The notes under the pieces were generated by a model, which worked only from the letters and a program-made list of their open reading frames with translations, had not been told where the DNA came from and made no database searches. Position numbers and translations under genes: made by a program. Below, piece by piece: positions 28,940-38,757 of a stretch of 44,439 nucleotides of DNA. The DNA is from Gammaproteobacteria bacterium (GTDB lineage: Bacteria > Pseudomonadota > Gammaproteobacteria > Pseudomonadales > Litorivicinaceae). The stretch's first letter is position 1; the number at the start of each line of letters is the position of its first letter. The stretch covers positions 2,246 to 46,684 of the forward strand of contig PBZM01000004.1 of NCBI GenBank assembly GCA_002731015.1, written 5' to 3'.

Positions 28940-30043
28940 ATGAAGAAATCAAATCTGGTAATTGGTTTATTGGTACTTGTGGCTGTGATCGCGGCCATAG
29001 TGTCTTTCGAACCTAGTGAAACGAAAAAGACGGCGGCAGTCTCGGACAAGGTTAAAATTGGCTTTGTATACGTGGGACCCGTTGCCGATGCAGGTTGGAC
29101 ATATGAGCACGATCGAGGTCGTCTCGCAGTTGAGGCTGAGTACGGTGGTAAGGTTGAGACGGTCTTCGTTGAGAGTGTGTCTGAGGGCCCCGACGCTGAG
29201 CGTGTAATCGCTCAGATGGCATCAGATGGGGCAAACGCGGTATTTACAACTTCGTTTGGATACATGAACCCGACTATAAAAGTGGCGCAACAGTTTCCGG
29301 ATGTGAAGTTCGAGCATGCGACCGGGTATAAGCGGGCTGATAATGTTGCGACGTATTCATCGCGCTTTTACGAGGGTCGCCACGTACTTGGTCTGATAGC
29401 AGGAAAAATGACTAAGTCAAATACGATCGGTTATATTGCATCCTTCCCGATTCCGGAAGTTGTGCGCGGGATTAATGCGGCATACTTGGCCGCCAAGAGT
29501 GTTAATCCTGACGTAAAGTTTAAAGTGATTTGGGTCTCTACTTGGTTTGATCCAGGTAAGGAGGCCGATGCGGCGAAGGCACTGATTGACCAAGGCGCAG
29601 ATATTTTGATGCAGCACACTGACTCCGCTGCTCCGATGAAGATCGCTGAAGAACGAGGCATCTATGCGTTTGGCCAGGCGTCAGATCAGGCAGCTTATGG
29701 ACCAAATGCGCAATTGACCGCCATTATTGATGACTGGGCACCCTATTACGTGAGAAGAGCAGGTGATCTGATTAATGGAACTTGGTCGTCCACAGACACT
29801 TGGGGAGGCTTTGACACTGGAATGGTTGCTTTAGCTCCATATGGTAAGGCCGTTCCAGATGATGTCAAAGCCATGGCTGAGGAGGCTCGAAAGGCGATCA
29901 CCGAGGGCCGACTGCACGCATTCACGGGGCCGGTTAATAAGCAGGACGGTTCGCCATGGTTAAAGTCCGGTGAGACGGCGGACGATGGTACCTTGCTCGG
30001 AATGAACTTCTATGTGGAAGGCATTGAGGGCTCGCTGCCATAA
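28940..30043 (+). CDS. BMP-family ABC substrate-binding protein (purine/nucleoside)
   Basis: GFVYVGPV.D.GWTYEH, FTTSFGYM, FEHATGY, IPEVVRGINA and QHTDS. Hydrophobic N-terminus without a lipobox Cys. Confidence 0.92.
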   Translation: MKKSNLVIGLLVLVAVIAAIVSFEPSETKKTAAVSDKVKIGFVYVGPVADAGWTYEHDRGRLAVEAEYGGKVETVFVESVSEGPDAERVIAQMASDGANAVFTTSFGYMNPTIKVAQQFPDVKFEHATGYKRADNVATYSSRFYEGRHVLGLIAGKMTKSNTIGYIASFPIPEVVRGINAAYLAAKSVNPDVKFKVIWVSTWFDPGKEADAAKALIDQGADILMQHTDSAAPMKIAEERGIYAFGQASDQAAYGPNAQLTAIIDDWAPYYVRRAGDLINGTWSSTDTWGGFDTGMVALAPYGKAVPDDVKAMAEEARKAITEGRLHAFTGPVNKQDGSPWLKSGETADDGTLLGMNFYVEGIEGSLP

Positions 30044-30063
30044 ATGGAGTAATACAGCTCAGA

Positions 30064-30810
30064 TTACACATTGGCTGTATACTTTTGATCGAACCGGAGA
30101 GTTATCCGGTTCGACACACTCCAGATTATTAAAGCTTCCGCGCATAACACTACCAGAGCCGCGAACATCAGATCGGTCTGACCCCGAGCATTGGCATGCA
30201 ACATCAGATAACCCAGCCCGCTTGATGAGCCAACCCACTCCCCCACTATCGCGCCTATGGGCGCGACCGAAGCAGCTACCCGAATACCTGATAGGGTATA
30301 GGGGATTGCAAGCGGAAGTCGCACATAGAAAAATAACTTTGCTCTGCGGGGCCGGAGCGTTTGAAAAGTGGCGTCCCAGGAGTCCGGTAGAGCTCTAAAT
30401 CCGGCTAGGGTGCTAGCGGTCACCGGAAAAAAGACAATTAGCGTAGTCATGGCGAGTTTGGATGCGAATCCATAACCGAGCCATAGCATGAGAATTGGCG
30501 CGATCGCGAATACTGGCAGGGCTTGACTGATGATTAACGCCGGCATGGTGATTGACTGAAGTCGTTTGGAATCACCAATCAGACACGCGACGGTAAATCC
30601 CATTATGGAACCTAAGAGTAGACCACAGATGATCTCCAGCGCCGTTGTGGCCGCGTGAGCACTGATCAAGGCGAACCTATCGAATAAGACAGTAGCGACC
30701 CGATCAGGTGCGGGGAGTATAAAGTGCGGGATATCGAACAGGATAACGATTGACCACCAGACCGCGATTAATAGCGTCACGGGCAAAAAGTAGCCAATGA
30801 TCCGGTTCAT
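30064..30810 (-). CDS. NitT/TauT-family ABC permease (ThiX-like)
   Basis: SQALPVFAIAPILMLWLGYG and APIGAIVGEWVGSS.GLGYLML.AN. Confidence 0.85.
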   Translation of the reverse strand: MNRIIGYFLPVTLLIAVWWSIVILFDIPHFILPAPDRVATVLFDRFALISAHAATTALEIICGLLLGSIMGFTVACLIGDSKRLQSITMPALIISQALPVFAIAPILMLWLGYGFASKLAMTTLIVFFPVTASTLAGFRALPDSWDATFQTLRPRRAKLFFYVRLPLAIPYTLSGIRVAASVAPIGAIVGEWVGSSSGLGYLMLHANARGQTDLMFAALVVLCAEALIIWSVSNRITLRFDQKYTANV

Positions 30811-31502
30811 AAGTCACCATCCAGGGCCTGAATCAGAGCGTGATCGTTTTGGAAGTCAGCGAGATTGAATGGACCTCTGAGCCCACGCGATGTCAGAACC
30901 ACTGCCATGTCTAACCAGCCTAGTGCGTCTCTGGGATCGTGTGTAACCAGGATCACTGTTTTGTTTGCGAACAATTTTTTACAGAGCTTTGTCATTTGAA
31001 TTTTGGTTGATCTATCGAGGGCTGCAAAGGGCTCGTCTAGTAACAGAAGATCAGCGTCCTCGAGTAGTGCCCGTGCCAGCGCGACACGGGACCTCTCGCC
31101 ACCACTGAGATGATTAGTCTTGTGGTACTGAAAACCGCAGAGTTCCACATCTGTCAGGAGTTGGTGGGCGCGCTTCAAATGTTTCGAGACGATCGTCTCT
31201 CCTCGTAACTTAAAGCCTAGAAGTATGTTGTCGAGAACGCTGACCCAGGGCAGCAGGGCTGGCTGTTGGGACAAATAAGCGACTCGCTGAGTCTGACACT
31301 GAATCGACGACGAACCGCGGATAATTCTATTCAAAAGAGTTGATTTTCCGGACCCAGATTTTCCGAGGAGTGCGATCTGTTGCCCACGATGTATAGCCCA
31401 TGAAATCGTTGCGAGCGGATCCTGTTCGGGGAATCCGAGAGTGAGTTGGTCAATGGACAGCACTGTTTCGTTTATTTGGACTTCTTTAATTGCTTTTGTC
31501 AC
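30807..31502 (-). CDS. NitT/TauT-family ABC ATP-binding protein (ThiZ-like)
   Basis: GKSGSGKST, LLPW.SVLDN, LSGGE, LLDEPFAALD and LVTHD. Start uncertain. Confidence 0.85.
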   Translation of the reverse strand: MTKAIKEVQINETVLSIDQLTLGFPEQDPLATISWAIHRGQQIALLGKSGSGKSTLLNRIIRGSSSIQCQTQRVAYLSQQPALLPWVSVLDNILLGFKLRGETIVSKHLKRAHQLLTDVELCGFQYHKTNHLSGGERSRVALARALLEDADLLLLDEPFAALDRSTKIQMTKLCKKLFANKTVILVTHDPRDALGWLDMAVVLTSRGLRGPFNLADFQNDHALIQALDGDL

Positions 31503-31626
31503 AGTATTTTGAAGATGCTCGGGTGGTCGAAAACGGGTACTCTAAGACAATACTCTTAGATTAAACGACCTTGGTGATATTTGTCGCGTAAGATTGATGG
31601 CGTCATTAGGTGCACGGAAATAGTTT

Positions 31627-33015
31627 ATGGTGACAGAAGAAGATCTACGCAGTGATATCAAATTCTACTTCGATGGCCAAGTAAGAATACTGGACAACGT
31701 CCGCGCGACGGATATGGTTATGCCCTGGCTCCGATCCGAAGCAATGCAGACCGGCACTAAAGAGGGCTGTAATGAGGGTGACTGCGGTGCCTGTACCTGC
31801 CTGGTCGGCTCTATATCCGAGTCCGGTGATCTTCGGTTTAGCGTAATTAATACATGTATTTATCCGCTCGCATATCTCGATGGGGCGTGGCTGATCTCTG
31901 TAGAGACTCTCAGCAGGTCAGGGTCATTATGTTCAGCCCAAAGCGGAATGCTGCCCCTTAACGCGTCACAGTGTGGATTTTGTACGCCTGGTTTTGTGAT
32001 GGCGATGGTGTACGCTCAGATAACAAAAAAAGACCAAACACCAGAACAGGCGTTGGCTGGGAACTTATGCCGATGCACCGGCTATGGCGGTCTGATTGAG
32101 GCAACTCGACTTGCCCAGAGTCAGCCTCTCGATAGAGCCTTTGTCGATGAGATCGAGGGCGCTACGGCGGTCCTAAGACAGTTGTCTCGAGGCGGATTTT
32201 CCATTGCCAATCACAACTCGAGGATTGACGCACCAAAAACGCTCGAACATCTGCTGGATCTTAGAAAAAATTTTCCATCCGCTACACTTGTTTCTGGGGC
32301 CACCGATTTTGGGCTGTGGATAACGAAGCGCTTAGATAGGCCTTCCCACATCATCCTCACAAAATTTTGTGAGCAGCTCCTTTTGAGAGAAATACGGTCC
32401 GACATTATAGAAATCGGTGCCGCGGTAACGATTGAAGAACTTGAAAATAGTTTGGTATCCGAATATCCCGAGCTTCAGGAATGGTTTCAAAGATTCGGGG
32501 GGCCACAGGTTCGCTGTAGCGGAACGCTCGGCGGCAATATCGCCAACGGTTCGCCGATAGGTGACTCGGCCCCGGTTCTGATTGCTCTTGGCGCCTCATT
32601 GACGATACATTCGTGCCGCGGCCATCGAGTTATCCCGATTGAAAATTTCTTCATTGAGTATGGAAAGCAAGACCTGCTTCGTGACGAGGTGTTGGTCTCC
32701 GTTCTAATTCCCAGACGAGCACGCATCAGGCGTCTTGCGGTTGAAAAAATCAGCAAGAGATACGATCAGGACATCAGCATCGTTCTAGCAGCGATGGCTG
32801 AGATTTCCGGTGATAAGCCCAGCTATCGGTTCGCTTTTGGAGGAATGGCGGGCACACCAAAACTCGCCGAGAAAACAATGGAGTCTCTCAATCCCGATGA
32901 TCTAACCTCTGACTTCAGTCCTCTGTCAGATCACAGAGCAGAGGCCTGGTATCGCCTCGCTGTATCGAAAAATTTAGTGCGTGACTTTTTGGATGGGGAT
33001 GCTTCTCGTGAATGA
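31627..33015 (+). CDS. xdhA: Xanthine dehydrogenase small subunit (2Fe-2S/FAD)
   Basis: GTKEGCNEGDCGAC, QCGFCTPGF, GNLCRCTGY, GGNIANGSPIGD and KISKR.DQDIS. Confidence 0.95.
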   Translation: MVTEEDLRSDIKFYFDGQVRILDNVRATDMVMPWLRSEAMQTGTKEGCNEGDCGACTCLVGSISESGDLRFSVINTCIYPLAYLDGAWLISVETLSRSGSLCSAQSGMLPLNASQCGFCTPGFVMAMVYAQITKKDQTPEQALAGNLCRCTGYGGLIEATRLAQSQPLDRAFVDEIEGATAVLRQLSRGGFSIANHNSRIDAPKTLEHLLDLRKNFPSATLVSGATDFGLWITKRLDRPSHIILTKFCEQLLLREIRSDIIEIGAAVTIEELENSLVSEYPELQEWFQRFGGPQVRCSGTLGGNIANGSPIGDSAPVLIALGASLTIHSCRGHRVIPIENFFIEYGKQDLLRDEVLVSVLIPRRARIRRLAVEKISKRYDQDISIVLAAMAEISGDKPSYRFAFGGMAGTPKLAEKTMESLNPDDLTSDFSPLSDHRAEAWYRLAVSKNLVRDFLDGDASRE

Positions 33016-35329
33016 TCTAACCAAGCCGTGGGGCACCTCGGTTATTGGGGCGCCAGAATCTCACGACAGTAACCTGGAGCACTTAACCGGCGAAGCGGTA
33101 TACTGCGACGACATACCAGAGCCAAGTGGTTGTCTGCACGGTGCTCTAGTTCTGGGCCCGGCAACACCTAGTCGGGATTTAAGCATCAACGCTCCCGATT
33201 CAGTGCAACTCGAGGGCCTATGCTTGGGCCATCACCGGTTTCTGAGCGCCGCAGATATTCCTGGTGAGAATAATGCAGGGCCTGTTGTACACGATGAACC
33301 GCTTCTGCCCTCTAATGAGACAAGTTACCCGCACCAGCCAGTGGGGATCGTTCTGTGTTCGGATCGAGACGAGGCGCGTCGGATTGCTCGAGAGTATCAG
33401 GTCAGTGGACGGCCGTTGGAACCGATAGTTTCTACCATCGCCGAAGCGGCAGGGGCAGGGCAGATCCTCCACGAACCGCTGATTCTAGAAAATCATTTTT
33501 CTGAATTATCGTTCGTTGAGTGCGACCATATAACTGAGTGTGGCATGTCGGTTGGTGGGCAGGATCATGTCTATCTTGAGGGTCAAGTTGCGCTGGCGAT
33601 GCCCTCATCGGACGGTATCCATGTCGTAAGTTCAACCCAACACCCGACAGAGGTTCAGGATCTGATTGCCAACCTTCTTGGCGTCAGCGCGGCGAATGTG
33701 ACCGTCGAGGTCCGACGGATGGGCGGGGCATTCGGTGGGAAAGAGACTCAGGCAGCGCATTTCGCAATATTAGCCGCATTAGGAGCTCATGTAACAGGTA
33801 GACCTGTCAAGGTTCGGCTGGACCGAGATGACGACATGCGTGTGACAGGAAAGAGGCATGATTTCCTAGTGAACTATAGGGTCGGGCACGACGCCGAGGG
33901 CCTTATTACGGCAGCGGATATTGAACTGAACTCTCGCTGTGGTTGGAGTTCTGATCTGAGTCGATCTGTAAACGATCGGGCCCTATTTCATGCTGAGAAC
34001 GCGTACTTTATTCCATCTGTAAAGATCGTCTCGAACCGATTTAAGACCAATACTGTGTCGAACACTGCGTTTAGAGGTTTCGGCGGTCCACAGGGAATGA
34101 TCGGTATCGAGCGCTGTATGGACGTAATCGCTAGGGTTACAGGCAAAGATCCGCTTGATATTCGGTTGCTCAACCTATACGGGACATCTGGTACAGAAAC
34201 ACCGTACGGTATGTCCATTGATGAGGGTGTTCTTCCAAAAATAATTAGGAATCTTGCGGAGACGTCGGACTATCGTAATCGAAGGGAAGAGATTAATTTG
34301 ACGAACGATCAATCAAAACGTATCAAGAGAGGGATCGCGCTCACTCCTGTAAAGTTTGGTATCTCGTTCACCGCTAGCTTTTTGAATCAGGCCGGCGCAT
34401 TACTCAACGTCTACAAAGATGGTTCGGTCTCCCTGAATCATGGTGGAACCGAAATGGGTCAGGGGCTGCATACAAAAATCAGACAAGTTGTCGCAAATCA
34501 TCTGGGCATAGACCAGGAAACGATTCAGGTCACGGCTACCAGGACGGATAAGGTTCCCAACACCTCACCGACAGCGGCCTCCAGCGGTTCTGATCTAAAT
34601 GGGATGGCCGCCTTGACGGCTGCCCGAAAGATCAGGCAAAGATTAGAGATTTTTCTCCGAGAGACCTACCAAACCTCCGCTGAAGTTCGATTCTCTCGTG
34701 GGTTGGTTAGGGTTGGAGGTAACGAAATTACCTTCAGTGAGTTAGCTAGGAGGGCGTGGTTCGCGCGTGTCCCGTTAAGTGCGACCGGGCACTACGCGAC
34801 GCCGGATATTGGTTGGGATCCGAAGACAGGTAAGGGTCGTCCATTCTATTATTTTGCCAACGGAGCTGCCGTAACAGAGGTGGCGATAGATACCCTGACC
34901 GGCGTTCCTAAGGTCTTGCGAGTGGATATACTCCACGACGTTGGGAAGAGCCTCAATCCAGCCATTGACTTAGGTCAGATAGAGGGAGGTTTTGTTCAGG
35001 GGATGGGCTGGTTGACGTCAGAGGAATTGGTCTATTCGAGCGCCGGCGAATTGTTGACGCACGGCCTCAGTACGTACAAGATTCCGACCGCCACTGATCG
35101 GCCGAAGATGCATATTCATTTGTGGGATGGTGCGAATCCTCGGGAGATGCTTTATCAGTCAAAAGCGGTCGGGGAACCACCCTTTATGCTTGCAATCAGC
35201 GTGCATTCGGCGATCTGTCACGCGATTAGCAGCGTTAGCTCAGACAGCAAGTTTTGGCCACAGCTCAACGCGCCGGCAACTCCTCAAGAAATCCTAAGGT
35301 GTGTCCAGTGCGCGGCGAATGGATCCTAA
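33008..35329 (+). CDS. xdhB: Xanthine dehydrogenase molybdopterin subunit
   Basis: SSTQHPTEVQ, RRMGGAFGGKETQ, AFRGFGGPQG, GGTEMGQGL and catalytic KAVGEPP. Start probably GTG 33008. Confidence 0.96.
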   Translation: MNDLTKPWGTSVIGAPESHDSNLEHLTGEAVYCDDIPEPSGCLHGALVLGPATPSRDLSINAPDSVQLEGLCLGHHRFLSAADIPGENNAGPVVHDEPLLPSNETSYPHQPVGIVLCSDRDEARRIAREYQVSGRPLEPIVSTIAEAAGAGQILHEPLILENHFSELSFVECDHITECGMSVGGQDHVYLEGQVALAMPSSDGIHVVSSTQHPTEVQDLIANLLGVSAANVTVEVRRMGGAFGGKETQAAHFAILAALGAHVTGRPVKVRLDRDDDMRVTGKRHDFLVNYRVGHDAEGLITAADIELNSRCGWSSDLSRSVNDRALFHAENAYFIPSVKIVSNRFKTNTVSNTAFRGFGGPQGMIGIERCMDVIARVTGKDPLDIRLLNLYGTSGTETPYGMSIDEGVLPKIIRNLAETSDYRNRREEINLTNDQSKRIKRGIALTPVKFGISFTASFLNQAGALLNVYKDGSVSLNHGGTEMGQGLHTKIRQVVANHLGIDQETIQVTATRTDKVPNTSPTAASSGSDLNGMAALTAARKIRQRLEIFLRETYQTSAEVRFSRGLVRVGGNEITFSELARRAWFARVPLSATGHYATPDIGWDPKTGKGRPFYYFANGAAVTEVAIDTLTGVPKVLRVDILHDVGKSLNPAIDLGQIEGGFVQGMGWLTSEELVYSSAGELLTHGLSTYKIPTATDRPKMHIHLWDGANPREMLYQSKAVGEPPFMLAISVHSAICHAISSVSSDSKFWPQLNAPATPQEILRCVQCAANGS

Positions 35330-36024
35330 TCGAAATTGTCAGGGTGTTAGGAAGTACCCCACGAGGTGAGGGTACCAAGATGTGGGTGAATTCTGACTCT
35401 CAGGTTGGTTCGATTGGTGGCGGTCAGCTGGAATTTTTGGCGACCAAGAGGGCCCGGGAAATGATAGCCGAGGGATTAACCGAGGCCGTGGCCAGCCTAC
35501 CTCTGGGCCCCGTCTTGTCTCAGTGTTGTGGTGGGATTGTAGACTTGGCTTTCAACGCTGCTGAGCGACCCGAAACCCCGCCGGATCAAGGGTTTCCGAT
35601 GGTTCTGTACGGGCTGGGGCACGTGGGGTCTGCGGTGTCTAGGATTATGGAAACCGTTCCTTATCCTCTGGTGACATTCGACGATAGGGAAGATTTGGGG
35701 GCTTCTCACATAGATGCCTCAGCCGTGATTGATTCGATTCCTGAAAAGGCATACCACTTGGTTATGACCTACAGTCACGAGTTGGATTTTGAGATATGCA
35801 GGCGGCTTGTTGAGCGGAATGCGGAGGGCTCTATCAGCTTGATCGGTTCAAAATCAAAAAAAGCTAGATTTGCGAGTCGACTGCGAAAGCTCGGGCTGAA
35901 CTCGGAGAGGATTAATTGTCCAGTAGGTGTTGTTGGGATACGTGGCAAGGAGCCCGCAGTTATTGCGGTCTCAGCGGTGGCCGAGTTTCTTCTTTGGCAA
36001 AGTGCAGAGGCTTTGTCCGAATGA
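35308..36024 (+). CDS. xdhC: Xanthine dehydrogenase accessory protein
   Basis: GSTPR, GSIGGGQLE, LGP.L.QCCGG, VMTYSHELD, LIGSKSK and KEPAVIA. Start probably GTG 35308. Confidence 0.92.
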   Translation: MRGEWILIEIVRVLGSTPRGEGTKMWVNSDSQVGSIGGGQLEFLATKRAREMIAEGLTEAVASLPLGPVLSQCCGGIVDLAFNAAERPETPPDQGFPMVLYGLGHVGSAVSRIMETVPYPLVTFDDREDLGASHIDASAVIDSIPEKAYHLVMTYSHELDFEICRRLVERNAEGSISLIGSKSKKARFASRLRKLGLNSERINCPVGVVGIRGKEPAVIAVSAVAEFLLWQSAEALSE

Positions 36025-36070
36025 GAATGGATCGCGACCTTTTCAAGGTCCTCCTTCGGTTTGGTGGTTT

Positions 36071-37405
36071 ATGACGAATGATTCTGATGCGGCAGAACTA
36101 TGCGAGCCGTTTGTCGTTCAAGGCCCACTATTTACGCTTCTCAATGATAGGAGTGTAGGCACGTATACTTACCTTGATAACGGTTCTATGGTGGTGGGTG
36201 ATCAAGGTAAGATTCTGTATGTTGGTCCGAGCGTCCCAGCGGAGTATTCACATTATCAGGTTAAGAAAACTCGGCATCTTATTTTCCCTGGGTTCATTGA
36301 TGCTCATGTTCATTATCCGCAGCTACCGGTGATTGCGTCCTACGGGGCGTCGTTGCTTGAGTGGCTCGATAAATATACGTTTCCTGAGGAGGCTAAGTAC
36401 AGCCAAAGACCCTACGCTGAGAAACGCGCTCGCCAATTTTTGGAGCTGATGCTGAAGAGAGGGGTCACCTCAGCAGCCGTATTTTCAACGATTCACGAAG
36501 AAGCTTTCGACGCGCTGCTGGGTGCGGCCTCGTATTCAGGCTTTAACCTTGTCTCGGGAGTCACGGCTATGAACCGGGGTGCTCCAGATAATGTACTAGT
36601 TGACGTCGGTTTGTTCAAAGAGGTTAGCGCAAAGGCTATAGAATCTGGACGGTGTGTCGAGAGATTTCGTTACGCAATTACGCCCCGCTTTGCTATCTCC
36701 TGCACAGAGGGAATGCTGGAATATTGCGGCCGACTACTGGAGTCCAATCCAAGTTTACTGATGCAGACGCATATCAACGAGACAAAAGAAGAGGTCTTAG
36801 CCACATCAAATTTATTCCCCCATGCTACTGACTATCTGGATGTGTATGACGCATTTGGATTGCTAAGTGATCGATCATTATTTGCGCACGGGATCTACAC
36901 GACCGAATCTGAATACGAGAGGTGGGCAGCGTCTGGTGCTTCTGTGATTCATTGCCCCACGAGCAATACGTTCTTGGGGTCTGGTTTGTTCGATGCCTCT
37001 GGATATATATCAAGAGACATTAATGTAGGGATGGGAAGCGATGTTGGAGGTGGCGTCTCGTTAAATCCGTTCGTGACGATGTCGGAGGCTTACAAGGTAG
37101 CCAAGTTGGGTGGCCGAGTATTGGATCCCTTTCAGTTGGTTTATTGGCATACTTTGGGAGGTGCCAAGGCTATCAACCAAGCAGGTTTTATTGGTTCTTT
37201 AGAGCCGGGTAAATGGGCTGATTTTTGTCTGATTGATATCACTAGTGACGATTTAGGCTTCGAGGCGTGGGAAAGATCTAATAGTGTTCAAGAGAAATTA
37301 TTCGGGTTGACGTTTTTGTCGCATGACTCGATGAACAAAGTGGTTGAGACCTATGCTGGCGGTATCTCACGCTGGAAAGATGCAACTTGTCAAGGACCTG
37401 AATAA
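36071..37405 (+). CDS. guaD: Guanine deaminase
   Basis: PGFIDAHVHYPQ, LLEWLDKYTFP.E, AITPRFA, QTHINE, HCPTSN.FLGSG and GSDVGGG. Start probably ATG 36071. Confidence 0.94.
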   Translation: MTNDSDAAELCEPFVVQGPLFTLLNDRSVGTYTYLDNGSMVVGDQGKILYVGPSVPAEYSHYQVKKTRHLIFPGFIDAHVHYPQLPVIASYGASLLEWLDKYTFPEEAKYSQRPYAEKRARQFLELMLKRGVTSAAVFSTIHEEAFDALLGAASYSGFNLVSGVTAMNRGAPDNVLVDVGLFKEVSAKAIESGRCVERFRYAITPRFAISCTEGMLEYCGRLLESNPSLLMQTHINETKEEVLATSNLFPHATDYLDVYDAFGLLSDRSLFAHGIYTTESEYERWAASGASVIHCPTSNTFLGSGLFDASGYISRDINVGMGSDVGGGVSLNPFVTMSEAYKVAKLGGRVLDPFQLVYWHTLGGAKAINQAGFIGSLEPGKWADFCLIDITSDDLGFEAWERSNSVQEKLFGLTFLSHDSMNKVVETYAGGISRWKDATCQGPE

Positions 37406-37469
37406 GATACTGCGGGTAAGAACCTTGCTAAAACCAAGATGGTTTCAGTGAGTACGCCTAGAGGTAAGA

Positions 37470-37568
37470 ATGTCGCGATATTTAGATTGGCTTTTGCTGG
37501 TAATCATCGTCATCATTAGTTTAGCTTCGCCTCTCGTAGTACTCGAATTCGTCAGCGGGAAATACTAA
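37470..37568 (+). CDS. Putative 32-aa small membrane protein
   Basis: Below the ORF-track cutoff: MSRYLDWLLLVIIVIISLASPLVVLEFVSGKY. AGAGGT RBS just upstream; a single hydrophobic stretch; the stop abuts the convergent gene. Confidence 0.55.
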   Translation: MSRYLDWLLLVIIVIISLASPLVVLEFVSGKY

Positions 37569-38126
37569 TTAGATACGAGATTTCAGCGCCTTCTCTTGCA
37601 ACCGTAGTATTCGCTTCTCGATCAGCTTGTTGTTTGGCATGAGTCTGAGTAGTTGCTGTTCTGCACGAATTGCGCGCTCATATTGTTCTGTAGTTTCAAA
37701 AATCATCGATAATCCACTGAGCGCTCCAAAATGTCTTGGCTCTAAAATTAATGTTTGACGGATATCCAGTAGCGATGACTCGAAGTCACCTAGCACAAAA
37801 TATGTGGTTGCACGTCTGTTCCATGCCTCAGCGAAGGCAGGCGCTGCATCAATAACCTGGCTGAATTGGGTAATAGCATCCTGAGCCTGCCCCGACTGTA
37901 GAGCCTTAACGCCTTGATCAAAGACAGACTGTAGCGGACGAGCGTTCCCAGGAAGTTCATACCAGTGGGACCAAATCTTATTTTGGATTTGAGAAATTTC
38001 GACAAGGTTATCGGACTCTCGGAGTGCATTGAAGAGTTTGCCGAGCTCGGATTTTGTCTGATCAGCCTCGGCGGTAGTAAAACAGGCTACCAACAACGCT
38101 GTTACAACTTTTGCGAAAAAGCGCAT
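37569..38126 (-). CDS. Exported tetratricopeptide-repeat protein
   Basis: Signal peptide, then P.FAEAWNRRAT..F and LEPRHFGALSGL; GGAGG RBS. Confidence 0.85.
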   Translation of the reverse strand: MRFFAKVVTALLVACFTTAEADQTKSELGKLFNALRESDNLVEISQIQNKIWSHWYELPGNARPLQSVFDQGVKALQSGQAQDAITQFSQVIDAAPAFAEAWNRRATTYFVLGDFESSLLDIRQTLILEPRHFGALSGLSMIFETTEQYERAIRAEQQLLRLMPNNKLIEKRILRLQEKALKSRI

Positions 38127-38757
38127 GTCTACCTCCGTCTTCCTACAGATTAGGACGAATCACTCGATATAAAAAGTACTTCTGTGTGCGGATTGAAGCT
38201 TGTGATGGTGGAACTGGACAGCTTGGGTGGAACAAACACTAGAGCGCAAGGGACAGAAAGCATTTTTCATATTCAAAGGGTTTTCCGTGCGACATGGATA
38301 CCCGGCTCATTTGGGTGCATAAAGCTATGGATCCAGATTCGCGAGGAGATTCAGACAGTTTCCAAACTGCCCTTGGATTTCTATAACTTAATTCTTGTGG
38401 GCCTTAAATGTCGACGAACGGGGCATCTTATCAGGCGTGACATCTCATAGTGTTCCTAGATTTTCCGACAACTGGTGCAGTGCCGGAGCACATGGATATG
38501 GCGCCTGTGTTCATCCTTACAAACCACAAACTTTTTTGCTGACTCTGTTTTGAGCACCCACCTCAAACTCGACTCAGAAATCCAACACTCTATAGATTGT
38601 GCTGATATTGAATGACTCTATGGACCGACTATTGGTGTGGTCTCAGAGATCATAAGCAGTTACTGGTCCGTCCACTATAACCAGGGCCCGAAATATTGCT
38701 ATCCGCTGGGGTGTGGTGGTCTTTCCGGCTTAACTAATTTGCTCGGGCAGCTTGATA

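Noticed and set aside
31503-31626. TPP riboswitch upstream of the ThiXZ-like genes
   Set aside because: I could not find the conserved CTGAGA and associated core motifs on the minus strand.
38206-38217. TGGTGGAACTGG as a tmRNA/tRNA 3'-end att remnant
   Set aside because: Only 12 bp with a mismatch, no integrase and no partner repeat in the window; compatible with chance.
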